Source: Macrostomum lignano (taxonomy: Eukaryota). Taken from it: 48,412 nucleotides of DNA. The translations under genes were made by a program, and so were the position numbers. The stretch covers positions 1-48,412 of the forward strand of contig NIVC01004365.1 of assembly GCA_002269645.1 (NCBI GenBank), read 5' to 3'. Shown one piece after another: positions 10,554-21,604 of the stretch. The notes under the pieces are model-generated. The model was not told the origin of the DNA. It saw nothing but the letters and a program-made list of their open reading frames with translations, and did no database searches. Position 1 is the first letter of the stretch; every line of letters starts with the position of its first letter.

Positions 10554-13500
10554 ATGTCACGGGCGCGTGGAGATAGGGTCGTAGAAGCTGTGTGCGCAGA
10601 CGCCCCTGGTCAACCACCCTCGGCCGCTGACACCCCAGCAGTTGCCGCCCCCGCAGCCGCAATGGCCGCAGCCGCTGGTAATCAGGCCAACCAGCCTCCA
10701 GATGCAGTAGTTACTGATGAGCCTGACATAGGAGCTGCCGCTCCTAACCCAGAATCAGGGGGGCATGTCGCCGTTGCGGCTCCTCCCGTTTGTCAACCTT
10801 CTTCAGTCATCGTCCTAGAACCGAAGGTACGCCCCCAGTTTCATCTCGACCCATTCAATGAGTCACGGGACAACATCTTCCTGTGGGTGGGGCGGCTCGA
10901 ATTCAAGTTCAAAGTGGAGGACATCAGCACCGATGCCGATAGAATCCTCACCCTAATCAGCCACCTACAAGGCGAACAGCAAGATATCGTCGTCGGCCAG
11001 GCGAGGCGGCTTGGCACCTATTCTCAGCTGCGTGACATGCTGGTGGAACGTTGCGTAAGTGTGTGGAGCCCCATGGCCCGACACTGCTTCAACCAGACGC
11101 TGGAGCAGGAGCCCGAGGAGAGTGACTTCCGCTTCGCGACCCGCCTGCTCCGCACCCTCCAGTGGACCATGCGTGGCCGGCCGCCGGACGAGATTGATCT
11201 GGAAGCGCAACTTGCCTATATGTCCAAGGCCCGGATGCCGCGAGATGTGCGAATTCAGCTCCTGGCGCAACGACAGTTCCCCGATGTGACCGCTCTCGTG
11301 ACTCGTCACCAGGAGCTGAGCGAAGCCGTACAGTTGGCGGAGGCCTTCGACACCGACTCGCCGGCCCAGCCAGAAGAAACCGAACCCGACCAGCCAACAC
11401 CGTCTCTACCTTCGCCACCGCCGCCGTCTCCTCCGAAGGCTTGGTGGGTGGCGACGGGAGGCGATATGGAACTAACACCGTGGTCGGAGACTACCGTCAG
11501 AGTGCGAGGGCGACCTTGGGAAGGCGACTGTCTGGTGGAGGGAGTCGACATGGAAGCCTTCCCGGAGATCGCGGTCAGTCGCTCGTTGGACCAAGCCGTA
11601 GACGGGTGGGTCCGAGTTCGCCTCATCAACTGGTCCGAAGAACCGGTACAGCTGCCCGCTGGCACGGTAGTAGCGCAGGCGAGCGCCTTAAAGGAAGTGG
11701 CCCTGGTCAACCGGATTACGCCAATGGGCAACACCGGGCCCGGCCCCACAGCCACTCCAAAGGATTCAACAGCTGCCAGGAAGCCGCCGGACTGGATGAA
11801 AGACCTGGAGATGGGCAGTCAACTCTCTCCCCAGGAGCGGCAACGGCTATTACGCCTACTCAACGACAACACCGATGTCTTCGCCGAGGAGGAGAACGAC
11901 CTGCGGGTCACCGACGTCGTCACACACGAAATCAAGTTGACGGACTCGAGGCCCGTCAAGATGCATCCAAGACGCCTCCCTCAGGCCTACCAGGAAGAAG
12001 TGCGGCACCAGGTGCAGGGCTGGCTGGAGACCGGCAAGGTAAAGGTCTCCAAGAGTCCTTACTCCTCCGCGTTGGTCTTGGTCCCCAAAAGCGATGGATC
12101 GTTACGAGTGTGCATCGATTTCCGGGAGGTCAACGAGCGCAGCGTGGCCGAGGTAACCCCTCTGCCTCGAATCGATGAGCTGCTGGCTTCGCTGGGCGGG
12201 TCGGCGTACTTCACGTCCCTCGATCTGCGGAGCGGTTACCACCAAGTGCCCATCCAGCCGGAATGCCGCCCCTACACTGCATTCGCTGTGCCCAATATGG
12301 GGCTGTTTGAATGGAACGTAATGCCGTTCGGACTGAAGGGCGCCCCAAGTACCTTCTCTCGGCTGATGAACCTGGTGTTGGCCGAGCTCCAACCCGCAAT
12401 CGCAATGGCCTACATTGACGATGTCATCGTGCATTCTCGCGATTTTAGCACCCACCTGAATCACCTGCAACTTGTCTTTAACAAATTAAGAACAGCAAAC
12501 CTGCGGCTGAAGCCGTCCAAGTGTGCTTTCGCCAAATCCGAGGTCACCTTTCTAGGATATGTGGTCTCGAGAGAGGGCGTCGCACCCTGCCCGCACAAGA
12601 CGTGTGCCATTGACACCTGGCCGCGGCCCCAGAGCGTCACGGAGGTCCGCCAATTCTTGGGGAAGGCCGGATATTATCGGCAGTTTATTCCCGACTACAG
12701 TGAGGTGGCCGCACCACTGCACGCCCTGACTAAGAAAGGGACGAAGGACATCCCGGGTCGCTGGGGGCCCGAGCAGGAACAAGCATTCGAGAAGTTAAAG
12801 CGCGCCTTGGTTACCGCCCCGGTGCTGCACCACCCAGATTTCGGGCCTCAGGCGGGCATCTTCGTGCTCGACTGCGACGCGAGCTTGAATGCCCTGGGTG
12901 CAGTCCTCAGCCAGAGGCAAGCGGACGGAAGTGAGCGGGTCATCGCCTACGGGAGCCGAAGTCTGGTGTCTAGTGAGCGTAACCACTGTGTCACCAAACT
13001 GGAGATGCTCAGCCTAGTGTTCTTTACGCGACAATTCCGGTATTACCTGCTAGGTCGCCGCTTCATCGTCCGCACTGACCACCGCTCTCTGACGTGGCTA
13101 AGAAATTTCAAGGAGCCGACCGGATTGATCGCTCGCTGGTTTACTCACCTCGCTGAGTACGATTTCGAAGTGGAATACCGCCCTGGGCGGCTACACACCA
13201 ACGCCGACGCGCTCAGTCGCCGGCCTGCACACCAGCATGGGGACTGTCCCATCTGCCGACCGCCAGAGGACGCCCGACCACCAGGGGAGCTGGACGAGGA
13301 CTTGCGAACTTTCCGAGTGGAGACAAAGAGGCGTCTGCTGGAACAGCGGGACCTCCTCAGCAAGGCGGAGCTCATGGAAGCGCAAAGGAAGGACCCTGCC
13401 TTGGCCTGGATCATGCGACGACTAGGAGAAGGTGCAGAGAAAGCCCCGCCAGCTGGGACGGAATTGTGCCCACCCTTGGTGCGCCGGGTGGCCCCTTTTT

Positions 13501-15225
13501 GGGGCTTGCTCAGTGTGGACGAGGGCGTACTAAGGATTGATGTGGAGGGGGTCGCGGCCAAGAAGAAAATCGTGTTGCCCGAAAGCTTGGACCAGAAGGT
13601 GTTCCGGTTGCTGCACGACGATCCTCTGGCCGGGCACTTTGGGCGAAGGAAAGTGGACGAGCGCTTTCGCCAACGGTTCTGGCGCCCCGGCCTGCACCGA
13701 CGGATCGCCGAGATGTGTGCGGCCTGCGAGTGCTGTTTGCGGTCCAAGCCGCACAAGCGGGCCAAAGCTTCGCCGCAATCTCTTGAACTTAGCGAGAAGT
13801 TCTCTCGCATTCACTTGGATTTTGTGGGGCCCCTGGGTCGAGGCCAGAAGTCAAGGAAGGGGAACACCAGTATCCTCACGGTGACGGACAGCTACACCGG
13901 CTGGGTCGAAGCTTACCCTACCCGGGACCAGACATCGAAGACCGTCATCCGTCTGCTGGTGCAGGAATACATACCGAGGTTCGGAGTACCTGACTGGATA
14001 CACACGGATCAGGGACAGCACTTTGAGTCCCGGGACTTCAGCGCTTTTGTGACTCTCTGGGTATCCGCAAAACCCGCACGACGCCATACCATCCTCAATG
14101 CAATGGGAAGGCCGAAGTCCAGCACCGCACGATCCGGGCCCTGTTGACGGCGCAGCTGGAACAGGACCACGACTTGTGGGATGAGAAGCTGCCGCATGCC
14201 TCCTGGCGATGCGTTCCAGCCTGAACCGCATGACGGGGTATTCCGCGTTCAGCTTAACGTACGGGCAAGAGGCTCGACTGCCCTTGGACGTCGCTCTCGA
14301 GCCAGCTGAGGCCGCTCCCGGGCATGCTGCCTACGCGGCCCGTCTGGCGGCGTATCTCGATCAGGCGCGCGCAGATATCGAGGAAAAGTTCGAGACCCGA
14401 GTTCAACACCAAGCGCGCCGACCGCAGAAGTGCCGCAGCCTGGACATCGGTGACATTGTGTTCTTGGCCAACCCTCATCTGGAAGAATGGGAGATTCCTA
14501 AGTTTCACAAGGCGTTCACCGGCCCCTGGAAGGTGGTGGCCCAGCCGTCCCAGGCCGTGTTCGACATCGCCCCGGTGCACCCCCAGCCAGGCAGGCCCGC
14601 GGTATACCGGACCCATCGCGATACGCTCCGTCCCGCGCCGGCCCAATATCAGCCCGAGGTGCCTCAGGCAGCTGCCCGCAAGTCTCCTGCCGGACCGGGC
14701 CGACCACCAGTTCGCCCAGCGCCTCGAGCCCCGGAAGCACCGCAGTGGTTCCCCGACTCCGATTCGGAGGAAGAAGAGGAAATGTATGTCAGATGGCCTC
14801 TGCGAAACCGGCTCCCTCCGGTGACGGTTCCCGCCGAAGTAGCATTGCCGCCGGCAAACCATCCAACCCAACCAGTTGACGTCCCAGAGCCCGCCGCCGA
14901 TCAGGAACCAGTAGAGCAGGGCCCGCCAGCCCCCGAACTGCCCACGCCCCCCGCAGCGGGAGAGCTCGAAGCCAACGAGGAACCGCTGGATGAGCCACCG
15001 TTGGGCCCCGTGTTGCGCCCTCGGGCTGCCCTGAGGCGCCCAGAACGTTGGGGTTACGAGGTGCGGCGGCTGGATTCGACCCAGGAGCAGATGACTCCGA
15101 CTACGACTGGGGCCCTCCATCGGACCCAGAGGACTGCTGGAACAGCAGCATCAGTGGGTCACTTGACTGGGATCCTCCCTGAGGTGCCACTCTTGCGGGT
15201 CAGCCCCTGGCCCCGTGGAGATTAG
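10554..15225 (+). CDS. Gypsy gag-pol polyprotein (capsid-like gag, dUTPase-like linker, RT, RNase H, integrase) with two 1-bp frameshifts in integrase
   Basis: RT LDLRSGYHQ...MPFGL...YIDD; RNase H DCDAS...EMLS...TDH; integrase H-H-C-C (LHDDPLAGH...CAAC), D (IHLDF), D (HTDQG), E (GKAE, in shifted frame), GPW/F module FTGPWKV. Adding one T at 14045-14048 and one C at 14199-14200 joins ORF 10554-14147 to ORF 14209-15225. Confidence 0.92.
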
Positions 15226-16080
15226 AATCATTATTAGGACGATGACTTCACCTTAGGCACTGTACCGTATGACAAGATATATTTTACTACTGCAATTGGC
15301 TCAGTTTGACATGAAAGGCATGGCGAATGGGTGGATCTCGCATAATGTACAGGTGAAAAGAAATCAGGTTGGTAATGGGATTTACCGAGTAGTTGTGCAG
15401 TTTGAAAGATCGCGCTGGGCGCCTTGGTTAGAAACTGCGACTCCGTGTAGGTTGCAGGCAGCCGGCTCCCGTCATCAGTGGCGCCTCTTATACAGTGGCC
15501 AGCGCACGGCGCGGCGCCTCCCAGCCTACAACCGATCGCCCCGAAGCCCTCTGACTGGCTGAAGCGGGGTCCGAGCCTTCAAGGACGCTAGGCCTCCGTG
15601 CGGTTGAACTCCCGGCGAAATTAGCTTATTAATTTACTGCGCTGCATTAGTATTTTCCCCTGTGTAATTGTCATTCTCCCCGCGGCTCTGCCCTTGGCTG
15701 TGTGCTAGCAACCCTTCCCCCCCTTCTTTTTCCCCACTTCCCTCACCCTTCCCCGTTTCCTCTCTTCCCCAGCTGCGCTTCTATTCAATTATGATAATTT
15801 ATTGTTGACAATTCGCTATTTTTCTCCCTACTATTGCGCTGTCTGTGTTTCCCCCCTCCCACTTTAGCCACAGCAACAGTTGAAAATTTCGAAATTCTAT
15901 ATTGTACTTCAACCTATGTATCTCGTTTTGTGAATTTATTACTATCTCCCCTATTTTTGCCTTTTTTTCCATTCCCGCTCGCGGTTTGTTAATTCTGTGA
16001 TTTCACGTTCGGTTGAGATCCCGCTCCCGTCTGTGTGGTTCCATGTTGGGCAGTGATGATGACGGAACCAGTTCCGTCAC

Positions 16081-16097
16081 AAAAGGCAGTGGGGGTG
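16081..16097 (+). other. Polypurine tract
   Basis: AAAAGGCAGTGGGGGTG immediately before the 3' LTR. Confidence 0.8.
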
Positions 16098-18314
16098 TGA
16101 TGTAACCACGCTCTGGTCGCGGGATAGGGCATGGGAACTTTTTCGAAAGTGCCTCCTATCCCGTGCACCCTCTGCACAGAGCTGTCGAGACTCGGCCAGG
16201 TCTCCGACCGGGCCTGGAGACTCCCGCTCTGCTGCACCCCTCCTGCTGCCTTGGTCCCGTCTCTCCTGCCGCCACACCTGCCTTTCCGGAGCCCCTACCC
16301 CTTTCTGTACCTCCCCCTCTACCCTATCTCTTCTGTTCCCGCCCTATTCTTCCTGTACTTTCTCTACCTCCTCCTTTTTTTGTCTCCCTCTGCACTCTTT
16401 TCCTGCGCTGTCCCCTCTTTCCCTGTGTCTACTTACAGTACTTTGTGTGCTCACCGTCTCCCCATCCCCTCTCAAACTCCCAAACGGTGACGCAAGTCGT
16501 GTGACCCCTTCTCCCCCTCGGTGACTCATCGATGACTCATCCCCCTCTCTTGCGCAACCTTTTCTCACGCTATTGTTCTCCTTCCCAAATTTCTCATGTG
16601 ACACCCACCCCACCTCCGCTTCTATTGTTCTCGTTTTTGCTTCTTTTGTTCTCTCGACCCCCACCAATTATCACATTTTCTCCGATTTTCTCTTTCTTTT
16701 GTTCTCGTTTTCGCACCTAATTATCACCTTTTCTCCAATGTTTACTTTTCCATTGTTCTCAGTTTTCCCCAATTATCCCCGATTTCCAATTCCTTTGTTC
16801 TCGACCCCAGCCCTATTGTTCTCAATGTTTGCTTGCGCAACACTTTCGCGACCACCCGCTGCGCCAATTATCCCCCCACCCCACCTCCGGATTGCGCAAT
16901 TTCCCGATTTCTCATGTTGCTATGCCGGTCTCATGCTTCTCATCATGACTCATTCTGACGTCATTCTGCCGGCAGCCAATCAGAGAGAGGGAGCCATGGT
17001 AACGACCTTGAGGAGGCGGCTGTGAGGTCTATAAAAGGAAGCGATTTCGGCATGAGAATACTCAACTGAGTTTATCTCTGTTCCTCTCCTCGTCCTTCTT
17101 TGGACTTGCTGTCAGATTGAGTTCTGACCCATTCGTCTATAAGACGAATCCCTGCCGGCCGCGGTCTGTTACCGCCAAGTTATCCTTAGCTCCCCAAGTG
17201 AGCTCGCCTATCGGCCAGCGGTCTGATACCGCCCAGCATCATCAGCATCGCCTGATCTACATCAGCGCCTCGTCGCTCCAGCGCATCGCCGCTTCACCGT
17301 CTGCCTGACTGCAGCCTACAGCCGCCCTCGGTCACTCCGTCTCTCTCTCTCTCTCTGTGCAGCTGCCGGTAAGTTCCTACTACTAATTTGTGCTCTAATT
17401 GCCTTTGCTTATCCGGGGTTTGCCTATTTTCCATTGTCTGATTAGAGAGCTGAGCAATTGTGATACCGTATCTTTTGCTGTATTTTACTCAATAGTGAAG
17501 CCGCCTAATTGCCTGCTTATTTGCCTAAGGGCCTAATTATTAACTATTAACTAACTTCATCATTATTCAATCTTTCACCATCATTTCACTCATGGCTTGC
17601 TAAGCCTTTCTCCCGGGGTGGCAAAGCATAAGGAAGTTTGGGTAAGCTAATGGCCTCTCCCCGTGCAAAGCCCGCCTGTGAGTGCGTGCTGCGGGGCCGC
17701 GTGTGCGTGCAGTAGAGGGATTAGCGAGTCTTGGCACAGAATGGCAGTAGGAAGGTTGCAACCCCATGCTAACGCGTCCCTTCGCCCTGAGCAATCTAAA
17801 CTGTAGACAGTACATGTTCGCCTCATACTACTCTTAGTAATCAAAGTCGCAAGTCAGCCTCGCTCACAGCCACAAAGGATCCCCTGCTGAGAAATCCTCC
17901 AGGATTGAGCCCAGAGTTCCCGATCATGCCCCAAGCAGAGTCCCTGTACTCGGCTGCATGCGTCTCCCCTGTTAGCCTAAATCCCCTGGTAACCAATCCA
18001 GGCGGGGCTCTAGCCTCGAGAGGTCTGGTAGAAAGATCCAGGTGCGCCAGGTCACATAGAGTGGTGGCAGCCACTCGGTCATACCATGACCGAGTGACCA
18101 ACTATTGCACCTTGGCTACAGGTGGGGTCCATGTGGGTCCTTGGCCCTCTGGTCACGAAGCGCTACCAAAGCTACTAATTATGTGGGCGGGACAGTCTGG
18201 TGCTGGAGGTCCGTCAGGTCATTGCCCGGTCATAGGCAGCCTACGGTCATTGCCCCCTCTAGCCATGCGTTCGTCTCTCTACGGAGCGGACAGGCGACAA
18301 GGGCGGTTACATCA
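16098..18314 (+). repeat. 3' LTR (2217 bp)
   Basis: TGATGTAACC...GGTTACATCA. By eye it differs from the 5' LTR by 2 substitutions (7312, 8864) and 3 small indels (7841, a TC unit near 8030, 8138) totalling the 4-bp length difference. Confidence 0.95.
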
Positions 18315-21300
18315 GTTTGAAATTTACCAATTTCCCGACTGCTTGCTAGAGAAGCTCGCAAGTTTATTCATTGAATTTCACTGCCAAACTAATACACAGG
18401 GCTGCCTATGGAAAAAGGCGCCAATAATAAAACCAATTGAATCTCGACACAGTCTATCTATTTACACTGTACAACTGCTATGTACACTCAGCCCAAGCCC
18501 AACCCCCCGTTCCGGGGGAAGCATTAAATTTAACTCAACCCCCAACACGCGGGGGGGGTTTATTTGCATTGAACCCAGAACACGCGCACCCACCACCCCT
18601 CAATACACAGCGGCCCGCGGGCGGAGGTTGGGGTGGCTATTTTTACAAACTGGCTGCAGCCCCAGGCAGAGTGGCCAAAGAAGGTTATTGGGGGTTAAAA
18701 AAGCAGTTTTCTGCTTTTCTAGGGATGTTAAAATGTGAAAATTAAAAATTAAAATAGCCTAAAGCCTGCTCCGGAAAATTTGCAGTTTTCCCATATAAGT
18801 TTCGACGCTGACTTGGCAGTATTGTAGAAGTTCACTTGCTACATACATACATACAGACAGACAAACATCGCGTCAGTTTTAGTATTAGGACGAGGCCAAC
18901 TTCTCCTCTGGAGGAGAAAGGGGAAGAATTCCCATCACCGGAACTCCATTCCCTGAAATGCTATTCCCTGAATCCCATCATCCAACTCCTCTCCGCGAAA
19001 CTGAACATCATCGAAATCCTCTCCGTAAAAGAGAACTCCATCAAACACCTCTCCGTGAAACTGACATTCATCAAAATCCTCTCCGAGAAACAGAAATCCT
19101 TTCCGTGAAACTGGACTCCATGGAAATCCTCTGCGTGAAACTGACATCCATCAAAATCGTCTCCGCGAAACAGAAATTCTCTCCATAAAACTGGACTGAA
19201 TTGAAATTTTCTCCGTCAAAAAGAATCAACTCTCAGGATTTAGTGGTTAGGGTTAGGGTTAGGGTTAGAGCTACAACGCAGCAGCGTGTTGAAAGGCGCC
19301 GATAAAAAATTGAACCAATTGAATTCATTGAATGCGCAACCGATTTCACAGTCAGTCAGTATCAGTCTCGGTAAAAGTTAACAAAAAGATTGCGCAAACT
19401 AAATCAACCCTCCAATACACAGCGACTGACCCCCTTCCAATACGCAGTGGCAATTAAAAGTTGAACCCCCCCCCCTCCCACCAACTGTTGGGGGGTTGGT
19501 CGAACCCCCATTGAACTCCTGAATGAGTACACTGCAGAAAGTTAAAAGTATGGAAATCGTTTTTTAAATGCTGTGCTTTTTTGTTTGCACATTTAAAGAA
19601 AACAACTTATATCCCCCGAACTGAGTATTGCAAGATCTTTCCAGCAATATAAGTCTCTCCTCTGAAAGTTTAAAACTCGAGGAACAGTTAGCGTTTGAAA
19701 TTTCCTGATTTAAAGCATTGAAGTATCGAGTGTACGTTCACTGCCTGCTAAAGAGGCTCGCAAGTTTATTCATTGAATTTTACTGCCCAGCAAATACACA
19801 TGGCTGCCTATTGAATGTCGCCGATAATAAAACCAATTAAATCTCGACACAGTCCTAGCTATCTCCTTACACTGTACAACTGCTATGTACACTCAGCCCA
19901 AGCCCAACTCCCCATTTCGGGGGAATCGTTAAATTTAATTGAACCCCGCGGGGGAGGGTTATTTGCATTGAACGCGGAACACGCGCACCCACCACCCCTC
20001 AATACACAGCGGCCCGCGGGCGGAGGTTGGGGTGGCTATTTTTACAAACTGGCTGCAGCCCCAGGCAGAGTGGCCAAAGAAGGTTATTGAGGGTTTAAAA
20101 AAACAGTTTTCTGCTTTTTAGGGATCTTAAAATGTAAAAATGAAAGATTAAAATAGCTATAAACCCAATCCGGAAAATTTGCAGTTTTCCCAAATAAGTT
20201 TCAACGCTGACTTGCCAGTAGTCTAGGAGAAAAATTGCAACACACAAACAAACATCGCACCAGTTTTAGTATTAACGAGGCCAACTCCTCCGCTGGAGGA
20301 GAAAGGGGAAGAACTCCCATCACCGGAATTCCATTCCCTGAAATCCACCAACTGAATCCCATCATCCAACTCCTCACCGCAAAACTGAACACCATGGAAA
20401 TCCTCTCCGCGAAACAGAAATCCTCTCCGTGAAACTGAACTCCAAGGAAATCCTCTGCGTGAAACTAAAATCCATCAAAATTGTCTCCGTAAAACAGAAA
20501 TACATCAAAATTCTCTCCACGAAACAGAAATCGTCTCCGGGAAACTGAAAACCATCGAAATCCTCTCCGCAAGACAGAAATCCTCTCCAAGAAACTGAAA
20601 ACCATTGAAATTCCCTCCGTGAAACTGGATTCAATCGAAATTTTCTCCGTCAAAGGGAATAAACTCCCAGGATTCAATGGTTAGGGTTAGGGTTAGGGTT
20701 ATGGTTAGAGCTACACACAGCAGCGTGTTGAAAGGCGCCGATAAAAAAATTGAACCAATTGAATCAGTTGAATGCGCAACCAATTTCATAGTCATTCAGT
20801 ATCAGTCTCGGTAAAATTAGGAAAAAAAATTGCGCAATCTAAATCAACCCTCCAATACACAGCGACCGACCCCTTCCAATACGCAGTGAAGGTTAGAAAT
20901 TCAACCCCCCCCCCCTAACTGTTGGGGTGTCGGTCGAACCCCCATTGAACCCGTAAAATGAGTACAATCTTTGCAGAGAGTTAAAAGTATTGAAATATCG
21001 TCTTTGCTTTTGCTTTGCTTTTTGCTTTCATATTTAAAGCAAACAACTTATATCCTCGAAGTCAGCATTGAAAGATCTTTCCAGCAATATAAGTCTCTTC
21101 TCTCAGAGTTCAAAACTCGAGGAACAGTTGGCGTTTGAAATATCCCAATTTAAAGCATTGAACTATCGAGTGTACGCATACGTGCACTGCCTGCTAAAAA
21201 GGCTTGCAAGTTTATTCATTGAATTCCACTGCCGCCCCAGCACCCTCAACACAGGGGGGTTTGGTTAAGTTCTCAGTGCACACAGTTGTGGCGCAATCGC

Positions 21301-21604
21301 TAAAAATTGATGTCAACCGGCCCAGCTTACACCCCTTCAGTTGAAAGAATACACTGCACAGATAGGCCGGCTGTTGTGGCGCAATCATTGCAAATTACGC
21401 AAGATGTTCATATTCCCCTATTGTTCTACGATTTCTGCTTTTTTAGGGATCTTAAAATTTGAAAATAAAAAATTTAAATAGCCCACTGCCATCCTCGGAA
21501 AATTTGCAGTTTTCCCATATAAGTTTCAACGCTGACTTGCAAGTCGTCTAGGAGGAGATGTGTATCACACAAACAGACAAACAACGCACCAACTTTAGTA
21601 TTAA

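Larger units (their letters stand above)
6778..18314 (+). mobile_element. Full-length Ty3/Gypsy LTR retrotransposon (11,537 bp)
   Basis: Two near-identical 2.2-kb LTRs; 4-bp TSD GTTT (6774-6777, 18315-18318); PBS; PPT; pol order RT-RNaseH-integrase. Removing the element restores the host motif GCGTTTGAAATTT seen in the unit at about 19690. Confidence 0.97.

Noticed and set aside
14045-14200. Programmed ribosomal frameshifts in pol
   Set aside because: No X XXY YYZ slippery heptamer, the position inside the integrase core is atypical, and two would be needed; indel errors or mutations are simpler.
10965-15120. Antisense and alternative-frame ORFs over gag-pol (e.g. 13145-13810, 14254-15120) and over RepHel exons
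   Set aside because: Expected shadows of GC-rich coding sequence; no recognisable motifs.
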